From Candidatus Levybacteria bacterium RIFCSPHIGHO2_01_FULL_41_15 (GTDB taxonomy: Bacteria > Patescibacteriota > Microgenomatia > Levybacterales > UBA12049), in the NCBI GenBank assembly GCA_001782165.1, contig MFNV01000006.1, positions 444-64,443 on the forward strand: a stretch of DNA of 64,000 nt, given 5' to 3'. The position numbers and the translations under genes were made by a program. The notes beneath the pieces were generated by a model. That model had not been told where the DNA came from and did no database searches. It worked only from the letters and a program-made list of their open reading frames with translations. Of the stretch, positions 52,759 to 63,392 are shown in pieces. Within the stretch, counting starts at the first letter, position 1; each line of letters opens with the position of its first letter.

Positions 52759-55700
52759 ATGAGTCGCAAAATCTTAGATAATCTCCCACTTTTGGCACTT
52801 TTCTTTATAACTTTAATTCTTGCGTTTCAAAATTATACTCCGGGAACCTTTCTTTCCGGATGGGATACGCTTGCCCCTGAATTTAATTTCGGCCTTAATT
52901 TTCAAAGACTTTTCTTTGGAGTATTCAGATCCGAGCAGGGGCTCGGAGCGGTCGCAGCCCATTCACACATGTCAGATCTTCCCCGCGCAATACTATTATA
53001 CATTTTTAACTATTTTATGCCTCTTTCTTTCCTCAGATATTCCTACATATTTCTAAACTTATTTTTAGGCCCAATTGGGATGTACTATTTTCTCCAAAAG
53101 GTAGTTTTGAAAAATAAGGCTGCCTCTTTTTTGGGCGGGCTCTTTTATCTTCTAAACTTGGGTACAATGCAGCAATTTATAGTTCCTTTTGAAATGTTTG
53201 TTGCTCAATACGGAATGCTTCCATGGATATTCCTATTCGCAACCCAATATCTAAAGACACAAAACTCAAATGGAAAATATCTTTTATGGTTTGCCCTTAC
53301 GATTCTTTTTGCCTCCCCTATGGCTTATGCCGCAACTCTCTGGTATATAACATTTGCTTGCTTCTCTATATATCTTTTTACTTTATCTCTGCCAACTCTT
53401 ATTAAGAAAAACTTCTCTGTCTTTAAAAAAACAATAATTCTAATACTTTTAAGCCTTCTTATTAATTCGTTTTGGATACTTCCAAATATATATTTCGTAC
53501 TAACTTCAGGAGCTAGAGTTACCTATGCAAATATAAATACTCTCTTTTCTCCCCAAGCTTTTTTGTATAACAAAGAATTCGGCAATCTAAAAGATATTGC
53601 TCTTATCAAAAACTTTTTATTCGACTGGGGGGTCTATGCCGGAGGGGGCCAGTTCGGGAACCTTCTTCAGGTTTGGACTGAGTATTTAAACAAACCTTAT
53701 GTTTCTCTTATCGGATTTTTCTTTGCCGCCGTTGCGGTTTTGGGGATTGTTTATTCAATAATTAAAAGAAACATAATAGGTCTCTGTCTCCTGCCGGTTT
53801 TAATATTCGTCCTCTTTTTCTTAATAAATGATAATCCTCCGACTTCTTTTTTGTACAGATTTCTTCAAAGCTCCATACCGCTGTTTAAAGAAGCCTTCAG
53901 ATTTCCCGCCGATAAGGTTCTCGGCATTTTTATATTTGTCTTTGGTTTATATTTTGGTTTAGGCCAAATGGCACTTGTTGAGATTTTCAAAAAACTCCCC
54001 TCTTTCTTCGCGAGATTTGTTGTTGCACTTCAGCTTATATCAATTACTGCTCTTCTAATTTTTTATATGACCCCTGCTTTCAAAGGAAATCTGATAAGCC
54101 CTTTGATGAGAGTTAAAATTCCGAACTATTATTTTGATATTTTCTCTTACTTTGATAAGCAAACTGATAATGGAAGAATTGCAGATCTTCCCATTCACTC
54201 GCCCTGGGGATGGCAATATTATGATTGGCAGGAAAATGGACCAAGTTATCAGGGCGCAGGATTTATATGGTTTGGGGTAAAACAGCCAATCTTAAATAGA
54301 GATTTTGATAGGTGGAACCCGGCAAACGAGCAGTACTTCCGAGAAATGTCCTATGCTGTTTATTCCAAAAGGGACGATCTTTTTAAAAGGGTAATTGAGA
54401 AATACAATATCCATTATATTCTTCTGGACGAGAGTATTATTGCGCCTGAAAATGATGCACGAATTCTGTATTATGATGAGCTTAGGAAGTTTTTAGAAAA
54501 GCTTGAGAAGGAAAATTTCGCAAGACAAGATGCTCAGTTCGAGAAGGTAAAAATTTTTAAAGTGGCAAGTGGATTGAACTCTTTATATTTATTAAAAGGC
54601 AGTCCTAAAGTCTTGCCAAAAGCGAGCGCTTATTATGAGGACTTTGCATATCTTAAGTACAATGATTACAAAAGTGAGGAAAGCGGGTCGGGGACTTTTT
54701 ATCCTTTCAGAAATCTAATTGACTCTCAAAGCCATATCCTAAATGGAAGAACCAATATAACTCAAGAGGGCGCGGTTCTTAATTTCCAGAAAAAAGATAA
54801 TCTTTCTTCTCCTGACTTTGCAGAGAGTGAAAATTATATTGCTTCAGATTTGTTTCTAAAAAGGGAGGGGACCTCAGTCTCAATCCAGTTTTACCCTCAT
54901 CTTCCCTATAGAAATCTTTTGGACTCTCCTCTTTCGATAACCTCTTCATTCGACATCCCCGACAAAAATTTTATCGTAAGCATCAACGGAACCAATAATT
55001 TCAGAGTTGCAGATATTGAGGAAAATGCACCGTTCTCACTGGGGACTGTATTTCTTAACACAGGAATGGGTAATTTAATCTCAGCTTACCCACAGAATCC
55101 GGATATTGCAGTCTCTCCTGATTTTTCAGAAATCCAGTTTGGGCTTTCTGCATGTGAGGGCAGAAGCCCAGACCAAGTAGTCGGCATCGAAAGGGAGGGA
55201 AATGGATTCAGTATTTTTGGGAAAAACGCGCCAATTTGCATGAACATTCCTTTGGAAGAGATTTTCAAAGACGCGGGTCAACTTAATAATTCCGAAGTTC
55301 TCTTGACATCAAGTTTCATGCAAAGCGGTAACCCATTATCATATGTTTGCGTTGCAGATATAAAAACAGGTTCTTGTTTAAGCTATACTTTCAAGAATGT
55401 TAATCCCGGACGATTTCCCATAAATTTGAGCTATTTTGGGATTGAAAAAAATAATTTACAAAATCTTTCTATCAAAGTATTTTTGGACGCAACTCAGACG
55501 GACAAAATTGAGAGGGTTAAATATTCAAACCTAGTTTTCTCTTTGACTAAACCTATCTTTTCATCAAACCTTTCAAAAGATCTTATAAAAGAATCTCTTT
55601 CAAGCGCAGTGTTGAATCCTGCAAATAAAAGCGCTCTAGTTCCCTTCTCGGGAAATGAGCAATTAAGCCAAGATATAACGTCTTTGCCTAGAACATCTAT

Positions 55701-56586
55701 CAATTGTAATCCATCCTCACCTCTAAACCATGAGGTTTCCAAAAAAATCATAAGTAAGGCAAAGGATAATTATATTCAATACGAGTCGGTCCAAGGTACC
55801 GCCTGCGATCATTTTTCCTACCAGAATCTTTCTCAAGACCAAGGATATCTTCTGTCAATAACTTCAAGAAACATTCAGGGCCTACCACTTACCATGTGCG
55901 TCTTAAATTATGCTTCAAAACATTGTGATCTGTACACAAATCTATCAAAATCTTCAAAGTTCACTACAGATATTTTTCTGATTCCGCCAATGCAAGAAGG
56001 ACAGAAAGGGTACGATATAGATATTGCAAGTCTTGGAATAAAAGGCACCAAAAGCGTGAATGATCTTAAGTCAATCCAATTCATACCTTTTCCTTATTAC
56101 TTTTTATCTAAAATCGAAGAAGGAGAAAAACAAGAAACATCAAAAAAGACTTCAATCGAAGGTCAGAACGAAATCAACCCCTCTCTTTATAAGGTTACTT
56201 TAAACGAAAATCCCGCTGTCAACGATACTTTAGTCTTTTCAAAATCCTATCAAACAGGATGGAAAGCCTATGAGATAAAAGGCAAAAGTCAAAATTCAAA
56301 AGTCAAAAGTTTTATTGTAACAATTTTTCCTTTCCTGTTTGGTAAGGAACTTAAGAATCATGTCCTAGTCAACAATTGGGCCAATGGTTGGCAAATGGAA
56401 AATGGAAAATCGTCAATAGTCAATAATCAATCATCAATTATTATTATCTATCTCCCCCAATACCTGCAGTACCTCGGCTTTATCCTAACTTTTGGCACAT
56501 TTGTCGTTGTTATATTGAAATTGATCAAAAACAAGAAGGGGAATTTGACAGAAAATGAGGTTTCTGATAAACTACCCACAATCTAA
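52759..56586 (+). CDS. Large GT-C-type (YfhO/AftD-like) membrane glycosyltransferase-like protein with a large extracellular region
   Basis: About 12 N-terminal TMs, GWD motif, FKEAFRFP; C-terminal VFSKSYQTGWKAY...HVLVNNWANGW + TM. Confidence 0.75.
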   Translation: MSRKILDNLPLLALFFITLILAFQNYTPGTFLSGWDTLAPEFNFGLNFQRLFFGVFRSEQGLGAVAAHSHMSDLPRAILLYIFNYFMPLSFLRYSYIFLNLFLGPIGMYYFLQKVVLKNKAASFLGGLFYLLNLGTMQQFIVPFEMFVAQYGMLPWIFLFATQYLKTQNSNGKYLLWFALTILFASPMAYAATLWYITFACFSIYLFTLSLPTLIKKNFSVFKKTIILILLSLLINSFWILPNIYFVLTSGARVTYANINTLFSPQAFLYNKEFGNLKDIALIKNFLFDWGVYAGGGQFGNLLQVWTEYLNKPYVSLIGFFFAAVAVLGIVYSIIKRNIIGLCLLPVLIFVLFFLINDNPPTSFLYRFLQSSIPLFKEAFRFPADKVLGIFIFVFGLYFGLGQMALVEIFKKLPSFFARFVVALQLISITALLIFYMTPAFKGNLISPLMRVKIPNYYFDIFSYFDKQTDNGRIADLPIHSPWGWQYYDWQENGPSYQGAGFIWFGVKQPILNRDFDRWNPANEQYFREMSYAVYSKRDDLFKRVIEKYNIHYILLDESIIAPENDARILYYDELRKFLEKLEKENFARQDAQFEKVKIFKVASGLNSLYLLKGSPKVLPKASAYYEDFAYLKYNDYKSEESGSGTFYPFRNLIDSQSHILNGRTNITQEGAVLNFQKKDNLSSPDFAESENYIASDLFLKREGTSVSIQFYPHLPYRNLLDSPLSITSSFDIPDKNFIVSINGTNNFRVADIEENAPFSLGTVFLNTGMGNLISAYPQNPDIAVSPDFSEIQFGLSACEGRSPDQVVGIEREGNGFSIFGKNAPICMNIPLEEIFKDAGQLNNSEVLLTSSFMQSGNPLSYVCVADIKTGSCLSYTFKNVNPGRFPINLSYFGIEKNNLQNLSIKVFLDATQTDKIERVKYSNLVFSLTKPIFSSNLSKDLIKESLSSAVLNPANKSALVPFSGNEQLSQDITSLPRTSINCNPSSPLNHEVSKKIISKAKDNYIQYESVQGTACDHFSYQNLSQDQGYLLSITSRNIQGLPLTMCVLNYASKHCDLYTNLSKSSKFTTDIFLIPPMQEGQKGYDIDIASLGIKGTKSVNDLKSIQFIPFPYYFLSKIEEGEKQETSKKTSIEGQNEINPSLYKVTLNENPAVNDTLVFSKSYQTGWKAYEIKGKSQNSKVKSFIVTIFPFLFGKELKNHVLVNNWANGWQMENGKSSIVNNQSSIIIIYLPQYLQYLGFILTFGTFVVVILKLIKNKKGNLTENEVSDKLPTI

Positions 56587-56640
56587 TAATTCTGCCCCGA
56601 TGAGTATATAAAATTGCCCCGTAATTTACAATTTTCAAAT

Positions 56641-57411
56641 ATGAAAGACGAAAAGCCTTTAGTTTCTATTCTTCTTCCTGTTCATAATGCGGGAGCTCAT
56701 CTTTTTGAGTGTCTTAAGAGCATTAAGACCCAAAGCTACCGTAATATTGAAATACTTTCGCTTGATGACTTCTCAAACGATGATTCATATAAGATCCTGC
56801 GAGATTTTGCCCGAAAAGATAAAAGATTTAAAGTAAAGCGGAATGTGAAACGATACGGAATTGGAACTACTCTTAACAGGCTGATTAAAAAAGCTAAAGG
56901 TGCTTTTATTGCTTTTATGGATGACGAGGATATTGCGGCAAAAGATAAGATCAAAAAACAACTACTATTCTTAAAGGAGAACCCCAATGTTGCAGCTTTA
57001 GGAACTCAATGTTATTTTCTAGGAAGAAATGGAAAAAGAGTCGGCAAGAGCAGATTTCCTCTTGAAAACGGTCAAATCTATAGTTCCCCTCTTCATGGCA
57101 TCTCAATGCAGTTTGAAACTGTCATGATAAACAGAAGTCTTCTCCCCAAAGACATTTTGAAATTTCACACTAGAGGAAATCCTTTTATCTACAGCGACAT
57201 ATTCCTCAAACTTCTCCCTTACGGCAAGGTTGCAAATATCAAAAATTATCTCCACTATCACAGAAACCATCCAAGTGAATATTTTAAGGATCTTCGAAAA
57301 AATCCTGTTCATTTTATGAAACTTTGGATAAGATCAATGGCATTTTATAACTACAATTCACCTTTCAAAACCTTTAGATCCTTCTTCACCCCAATCGTCA
57401 GATCAGCATAA
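56641..57411 (+). CDS. Glycosyltransferase family 2
   Basis: PLVSILLPVHN, DDFSND, FIAFMDDED. Confidence 0.92.
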   Translation: MKDEKPLVSILLPVHNAGAHLFECLKSIKTQSYRNIEILSLDDFSNDDSYKILRDFARKDKRFKVKRNVKRYGIGTTLNRLIKKAKGAFIAFMDDEDIAAKDKIKKQLLFLKENPNVAALGTQCYFLGRNGKRVGKSRFPLENGQIYSSPLHGISMQFETVMINRSLLPKDILKFHTRGNPFIYSDIFLKLLPYGKVANIKNYLHYHRNHPSEYFKDLRKNPVHFMKLWIRSMAFYNYNSPFKTFRSFFTPIVRSA

Positions 57412-57598
57412 CTTAGCAACTAGCGACTAGTGGCTAGTTACTCATCCTCAAGTTATCCACATTTTTCATTACCAAAAAAAATAGATTGTGTAATCAACCT
57501 AATCAACCTATTATTTACTATGAGTTACCAAAATTTAAACCCCTTTTTGGCTATAGGATTGACAGGACTTGACAAGGTGTGTTAGAATATGGTTTGTC

Positions 57599-57739
57599 AT
57601 GAGATTCCTCTCTTTAAGGAGAAAAAAAACAAGAAAGAGTATCAGCGATTATAAGCAAGAAATATTGCTGAAAGAGGGCAGGGAACAGTTTAAGTCTCTT
57701 ATTAAAAAGGGGCTTTCGGTACCAATAGCACTTTTATAG
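57599..57739 (+). CDS. 46-aa small hypothetical protein
   Basis: MRFLSLRRKKTRKSISDYKQEILLKEGREQFKSLIKKGLSVPIALL*, just after a TTGACA-18-TAGAAT promoter. Confidence 0.45.
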   Translation: MRFLSLRRKKTRKSISDYKQEILLKEGREQFKSLIKKGLSVPIALL

Positions 57740-58033
57740 ATCTTAAATTGTAAATTTGCAAAAAAGAGCATCGCTTTCGTTACTCTCGATGATAATTTCA
57801 GTACGACAAGCAATGCTCTTGCAAGATAGGCTACTAGTTCCTTAGGCAGGAAATAAAACTAGTTGCCTTAGTTTTTAATAACAAAAATAGAAATTATTGT
57901 CAAGAAAAATCAGTGAAGCTAAAATTGTTGGTTTTTCTTGTTATTATTAGATTTTTCACGAAAATTTTTGCACTTATTTACAGTTTTAGACGAGGTAGGA
58001 GTCTTGGGCAGGGATTCCTACCTCTTCTAAGAT

Positions 58034-58810
58034 TCATACCTCTTTAAACTTTTTGGCAAACAGGATTCTTCCTGCTGTAGTCTGGATTACTCGGGATACT
58101 AAAACGTCAATAGTCTTTCCTATCTCCGAAGCGCCGTTTTCAACAACTATCATAGTCCCGTCATCAAGATAACCGACCCCTTGTGTTGTCTCTTTTCCCT
58201 TGTGAAGAACCTTTATGTGGAGAGCCTCGCCCGGCACTGCCCTAACCTTAAGAAGAGTCGCCAAAGTATTTATGTTTATGGCCGTTACACCTGATATATT
58301 TGCCCTTTTTTCAAGATTGTAATCGCATGTGATTATCTTGCCTTTATTTGTTTTTGCCGCAAAAATAAGTTTCTCATCAACTTCTGTGTACTCCCTGCCT
58401 TTGAAGATGTTCTCCTCAGATATCGTTATGAACTTAATCCCTTTTACCTTTTTAAGTTTCTCAAGATACTCAAACCCTTTTCTCCCCCGTTCTCTTTTTA
58501 CCGTATCCTGCGAATCTGCAATATGTTTTAATTCCAAAAGTATGCTTTCCAATAGCACAAAAGTTCCGAAAAACAAACCCAAATTTGTAATGTCAAAGAT
58601 CCTGCCGTCTATAATGGCTGATGTGTCCAAAAAAAAGGAGTTCTCTATCTTCTTTGTTTTTTTTCTTTTTTTAGGACGCCTGAATGGCGGAAGGCGTCTT
58701 ATTACGGTCTTTGCCACTTCATCTGCAATAAGACCCACAAGCTTTGGGGGAAATTGGCTTTCCTCTCTCTTCATGATCTTTGTTTTTTTTCTTTTTTTAT
58801 CTTTTGCCAT
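58034..58810 (-). CDS. PIN/TRAM domain protein (YacL-like, no N-terminal TMs)
   Basis: FLDTSAIIDGRI, ITCDYNL, GVGYLDDGTMIVVE, QTTAGRILFA; downstream of radA. Confidence 0.92.
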   Translation of the reverse strand: MAKDKKRKKTKIMKREESQFPPKLVGLIADEVAKTVIRRLPPFRRPKKRKKTKKIENSFFLDTSAIIDGRIFDITNLGLFFGTFVLLESILLELKHIADSQDTVKRERGRKGFEYLEKLKKVKGIKFITISEENIFKGREYTEVDEKLIFAAKTNKGKIITCDYNLEKRANISGVTAININTLATLLKVRAVPGEALHIKVLHKGKETTQGVGYLDDGTMIVVENGASEIGKTIDVLVSRVIQTTAGRILFAKKFKEV

Positions 58811-58826
58811 AACTATTTTAGATCTT

Positions 58827-60335
58827 TCAAATTAAATCTTTCAAAACCGCCTGAAGACTTCTGTGAGATTTGGCTGAAAGTATCTTTTTAAAGCCCATTT
58901 TTTGCGCTTCCTTGACTCTTTTTTCAAAAAATGATGTATTTCTCAATTCTCCCAAAAGACCTACTTCAGAAACGGCTACAAGACCCCACAAGGGCAGATT
59001 CTTAAAACTTGAGAAGATAGAAAGACAGACCGCAAGGTCTGAAGCCGGATCGGAAAGTTTCAGTCCTCCTGCAATGTTTACAAAAATGTCCATAGTTTCA
59101 ATCGGCAGTTTTGCCTGCTTTTGAAGAACCGCAATAAGAAGCTCGAGTCTTCTTGAATCGATCCCGCTTGCGACTCTTCGGGGAATTGGGAGTTTTGAAA
59201 AAACACAAAGAGCCTGGATTTCCACCAAAAACGGCCTTGTCCCCTCCATAGTAACCGTTAAAACCGATCCGGGAGTTTTTGAGTTTCCCTCTGTTATAAA
59301 TAAGCTCTCTATGTCTTTAACTTCAGACAATCCTTTTTCATCCATTTTAAAAATCCCCACTTCATCAACCGGACCGAACCTGTTTTTAAGGCTTCTTAAA
59401 ATGCGTGTCTGAGTGAATTTCTCGCCCTCAAAAAAAAGCAAAGTGTCTACCATATGAGATAAAACCATAGGCCCTGCCACCATTCCCTCCTTGGTGACAT
59501 GCCCTACCAAAACTGTAGGAATATTTAAGGTTTTTGCAGTTTTGATAAAAGCCATTCCCCCGTATCTAACTTGACCCACAGAGCCTGAAAGTCCCGAAAG
59601 CTTCTCAGATTCCATAGTCTGGATTGAATCTACAATTACAAAAGACGACATAAGTTCTCCAATAATTTCGCAAGCCCTGTCTGTATCATTAAGAGAGGCT
59701 ATGTATAAATTTTCATTATTGCCTCCTCCGATTCTCTGCGCTCTCATCTTTATCTGCTCTTCAGACTCTTCCCCTGAAATGTACAAAACAGGGTGCGGGA
59801 AGCTTTCAAAATTTTCGCTGTGAACATTCGCGCCACCAGCCTTTTTCTTTGAAAATGAAACTTTCTCCGCGTTGTGAACACGAAAATTTTTGTAAGCGAC
59901 CTCAGCATCTTTAAGAGCGTCATTCTCAATATGTGCTTGCCGAGTCTTCAACTTCGAACTGGATAGATTGAGCGCGATCTGAAGAAGAAGGGTAGACTTC
60001 CCGATCCCCGGATCTCCTGCGAGAAGCGTTACGCTCCCCGGAACCATTCCCCCGCCGAGAACTCCATCTGCTTCGGCAAAACCGGTTGAGATCCTATTTT
60101 TCTCCAAATACGAAATCTCACTAATCTTTTTTGCAGTTTTAGTTTTGTCTTTTTGGGAAATTGCAAACTCTGAAGTTTTGATTTTTGAACTTTGAATTTT
60201 GAATTCTCTCAGCGTATTCCACTCCCCGCATTCGGGACACTTCCCAAGAAATTTCGCAGATTCATATCCGCACTCCTGACAAACCCATGAAATCTTCGAT
60301 TTCATAATTAAAAATTTAAAATTTAAAATTGTCAC
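58827..60335 (-). CDS. radA: DNA repair protein RadA/Sms with a ~50-aa internal insertion
   Basis: CQECG...CPECGEW, GDPGIGKSTLLLQ, KNRFG, EVGLLGELR; start may be 60305. Confidence 0.96.
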   Translation of the reverse strand: MTILNFKFLIMKSKISWVCQECGYESAKFLGKCPECGEWNTLREFKIQSSKIKTSEFAISQKDKTKTAKKISEISYLEKNRISTGFAEADGVLGGGMVPGSVTLLAGDPGIGKSTLLLQIALNLSSSKLKTRQAHIENDALKDAEVAYKNFRVHNAEKVSFSKKKAGGANVHSENFESFPHPVLYISGEESEEQIKMRAQRIGGGNNENLYIASLNDTDRACEIIGELMSSFVIVDSIQTMESEKLSGLSGSVGQVRYGGMAFIKTAKTLNIPTVLVGHVTKEGMVAGPMVLSHMVDTLLFFEGEKFTQTRILRSLKNRFGPVDEVGIFKMDEKGLSEVKDIESLFITEGNSKTPGSVLTVTMEGTRPFLVEIQALCVFSKLPIPRRVASGIDSRRLELLIAVLQKQAKLPIETMDIFVNIAGGLKLSDPASDLAVCLSIFSSFKNLPLWGLVAVSEVGLLGELRNTSFFEKRVKEAQKMGFKKILSAKSHRSLQAVLKDLI

Positions 60336-61459
60336 CTGTATCCTATTGGTTTTTCCTTAAGAACAGGAGACGCCAAAATTCTTCTTTTCTTAGAATCAAT
60401 TTCTATTATAACAAGATCAATTTTATCCTCCGGTTTGTAAGAAACCGTGAGGGGGGTTTTTCCCTTTCTCATCAACGCCTCCATCCCATTTCCGATATCA
60501 AAAACAATGCCCCCTGATGTTATTTCTTTCACTATTCCTGCAATCTTTTGATCTACCGAAAGGTTTTTAGTTTTTTCCTCAAATGGATCTTTTTCTAGTT
60601 TTTTAACAGAGAGGTTTACTCTCCTTCCGTTCTGATCGAAACCGATTATTTCCCCCTCAATTAAATCTCCTGTTTTGTACATTGAAAAAATATCGGTTAT
60701 TTTGTCCCAGGAAATTTCGGAGATATGAATAAAACCGTCGATTGCTCCCCTCTCGATTGGCACTGAAACAAATAAACCATAAGGAGTAACATTTGTAATC
60801 GTTGTTGTAATTTTTTCTCCAATCTTAAGACCTTTAATAGTTTGCCTAAAGTCGCCTGTCGTCACTGATTGGCTCTGAGAAAATATAATTTTGTTTGTTG
60901 CGCGATCTGCTTCAAGAATTATCGCTTTTATATGGGATCCGACCATAGAGGAAAAACCTTCTTCAAAATTTGAGGAAGCAAAAGACACCTGAGAGCCTGG
61001 AAGAAAACCCGATATCCCATTTTCTGCCGAAACCAGAAGTCCTCCTTTTATCGCCTCATTAACCACTACGTCCAAAACCTCCCTTTTTTCCTTAAGTTCT
61101 GTTACTTTAGCCCAAAGCCGGTTGTTAAGAAAACCCCGAAGAGAAACAACTGGATTACCCATTTCTGACTCCGGGTTTAGAATCTGAACATTAACTTTGT
61201 CCCCTACCGAAAGAGAAGATAAAATATTACGAAGTATTTTTTTATCTTTCTCCAAAACCACTGCTTCTGCCTTGGCATTTATATCAACCAAAACTTCTCC
61301 CGAAGTCAATTTGGTTATTTTGCCCTCAATAATGTCTCCCTTATGGGGGGTAACAAAAGAAGGTTTGCGCGAAGCCAAAAGCTGCGCCATCGACTGAGGC
61401 TTTTTGTTTGATTTAGAACTCTGAACTCTGAACTCTGAACTCTGAACTTTTTTCGCCAC
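60332..61459 (-). CDS. rpsA: 30S ribosomal protein S1 (four S1 domains)
   Basis: Repeated S1 motifs, e.g. YGLFV...DGFIHISEISW, RVNLSVKKL. Confidence 0.88.
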   Translation of the reverse strand: MAKKVQSSEFRVQSSKSNKKPQSMAQLLASRKPSFVTPHKGDIIEGKITKLTSGEVLVDINAKAEAVVLEKDKKILRNILSSLSVGDKVNVQILNPESEMGNPVVSLRGFLNNRLWAKVTELKEKREVLDVVVNEAIKGGLLVSAENGISGFLPGSQVSFASSNFEEGFSSMVGSHIKAIILEADRATNKIIFSQSQSVTTGDFRQTIKGLKIGEKITTTITNVTPYGLFVSVPIERGAIDGFIHISEISWDKITDIFSMYKTGDLIEGEIIGFDQNGRRVNLSVKKLEKDPFEEKTKNLSVDQKIAGIVKEITSGGIVFDIGNGMEALMRKGKTPLTVSYKPEDKIDLVIIEIDSKKRRILASPVLKEKPIGYR

Positions 61460-61531
61460 TCATTTATTCCTCCTTAATTTAAAGAGTGCTCCCATTGTAC
61501 CACACAATGGGGCCATGGTAAAATAAGGAAC

Positions 61532-61981
61532 ATGCGTGGACTTATCATTAAAACAGGTAGGTTTTACTTTAAAGATAGAGAGAAATCGACATGGCCAAAA
61601 GGAATTAAAGATTATCAGAGTTTTGAAAAAGAAGGTAAAGAATTTTCAAACGTGATAAATATTTGGGTCTGCGTAGAAAAAAACGACAGAGAAGATTATA
61701 TTATAAATTTAGTTAGAAGAATAAAAGAGTTAAATGATAATTTTTATAACTTGTCCCATGTAGTAGCTTTGCCCTTTGGACACCTGTCAAATAAACTCGC
61801 GAATCCAAAAAAAGCAAAAGAATTTTTTGACAAAATTGTAGAGCTGCTTCAAAAAGATTTCAAAGTTGATACTGTAACCTTCGGAACTCATAAAGACTTG
61901 ATACTTGAAATTCCCGGTCAGCCAGCTGAGGTAAGCTACTTTGAATTCCCCTATTCAGGTAAAAAACCAAAAGTTATATAG
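61532..61981 (+). CDS. Stand-alone archaeal-type threonyl-tRNA synthetase editing domain
   Basis: VCVEKND, LPFGHLSNKLANP (compare YPFAHLSS), FGTHK...GQP. Confidence 0.7.
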   Translation: MRGLIIKTGRFYFKDREKSTWPKGIKDYQSFEKEGKEFSNVINIWVCVEKNDREDYIINLVRRIKELNDNFYNLSHVVALPFGHLSNKLANPKKAKEFFDKIVELLQKDFKVDTVTFGTHKDLILEIPGQPAEVSYFEFPYSGKKPKVI

Positions 61982-62003
61982 CTAATTCTGCTATAATCTT
62001 CAA

Positions 62004-62705
62004 ATGTCAAAGGCGAAGATGCTCGAAGAAGCAAGGCAGTGGGATGAGTATTGGACTAAGAAAAGGACAAAATCCCAGGCGATTTATCGGGCGGGTGCGG
62101 GTTTTTATAGAGAGTTTATTATAAAAAGAGCCCTTAATTATTTCATCCAAAAAGAATTTAAAGAGGGGTCAAAACTCCTCCATGCAGGTTCAGGAACAGG
62201 ACAAGTCGATATAGATATTCTTGATAAATATAAAATAACCGCTCTTGATATTTCAGGCGAAGCTCTCAAACTTTATAAATTAAACAACGGGGAAAAAGCA
62301 AACCTTTTAAAGGCAAGCATCTTTGACATCCCTACCAAAGGATCAATTTTTGACGGGATTTATAACCTCGGGGTTCATGAACATTTTACAGAAGAGGAGA
62401 ATGAAAAGATATTTAAAGAGTTTGCAAGAGTCCTAAAACCAAATGGCAAAATCGTCCTCTTCTGGCCTCCTAAATTCGGGATCTCGGTGATTTTTCTCAA
62501 CTCCCTGCACTTTGTTTTAAATGATATCTTAAAAAGAAATATAAGGCTTCATCCTGAGGAAATCTCTCTAATAAAATCGGAGAGCCAAGTCAGAGATATT
62601 CTTAAAAGAGGCGGATTTAAACTGACGAAATTTTATTTCGGACCCAAAGACTTTTTTACACATTGTATAGTGGTGGCAAAAAAACATAAATATGAAAAAA
62701 AATAA
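62004..62705 (+). CDS. Class I SAM-dependent methyltransferase
   Basis: LLHAGSGTG, ALDIS, FDGIYNLGVHEHF, RVLKPNG. Confidence 0.9.
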   Translation: MSKAKMLEEARQWDEYWTKKRTKSQAIYRAGAGFYREFIIKRALNYFIQKEFKEGSKLLHAGSGTGQVDIDILDKYKITALDISGEALKLYKLNNGEKANLLKASIFDIPTKGSIFDGIYNLGVHEHFTEEENEKIFKEFARVLKPNGKIVLFWPPKFGISVIFLNSLHFVLNDILKRNIRLHPEEISLIKSESQVRDILKRGGFKLTKFYFGPKDFFTHCIVVAKKHKYEKK

Positions 62706-63339
62706 CAGGGGATTTTATGCACTATTACTTCTGGTACTTGCTTTTTTCTTGATATTATTTTTAATCTCAAGAAATTATGTTCCTCTGTTCATAAAGGTTA
62801 TAGAGGAAAATCCTTTTGTTGGGCCTCTTTTTCTTATAGTTTGGAGAATAATTGGGATAATAGTTCCCGCCATACCGGCGGGTATTGTCTCCTTTGCAGT
62901 TGTTCCCATTTTCGGCTGGTTTAAAACATATATTTACACCTTAATAGGGATAATGATTGGGACTTCGATAAGTTTTTTTCTTGCAAGATATTTCAGGGAG
63001 CCACTTGTTGAAAGATTTGTGCCGATTAAAAAAATTCATAAACTTGAAGACAGACTAACTGAGCGACAAAAATTTTTAGGACTGGTAGCTATAAGACTGT
63101 TTACTGTTCCTGTTATGGATTTTTCAAGCTATGCCGCGGGCTTGACTCGAATTAGTTTCCCGAAATTTTTCCTTGCAACCTTTATAGCATCTATCCCTGA
63201 CATTGGCATTTTTTACTTTGGAGAAAAACTTTATCAAACTTTTTTCGGCAAGCAAATAATTATCGCAGTCGCCGTTCTTTTCTTTTTGGCATTGGGTTAT
63301 TTTATAGTTAAAAGATTTATACTTGATAAAGGAAGGTAA
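62692..63339 (+). CDS. TVP38/VTT (DedA superfamily) membrane protein
   Basis: PAIPAG, FGWF, GTSISFFLARYF, RLF...DFSSYAAGLT. Confidence 0.88.
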   Translation: MKKNNRGFYALLLLVLAFFLILFLISRNYVPLFIKVIEENPFVGPLFLIVWRIIGIIVPAIPAGIVSFAVVPIFGWFKTYIYTLIGIMIGTSISFFLARYFREPLVERFVPIKKIHKLEDRLTERQKFLGLVAIRLFTVPVMDFSSYAAGLTRISFPKFFLATFIASIPDIGIFYFGEKLYQTFFGKQIIIAVAVLFFLALGYFIVKRFILDKGR

Positions 63340-63392
63340 TTCAATTTTCAAGCTCTTCTTCTTAGTCTAATGATCTAAATCATTAGACTTAA

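Noticed and set aside
57453-57461. Perfect DnaA box TTATCCACA suggesting oriC
   Set aside because: Only a single box was seen, and there is no dnaA or dnaN in the window.
59790-59960. Intein in RadA
   Set aside because: The insert is too short and lacks the N-terminal Cys/Ser block and the terminal His-Asn.
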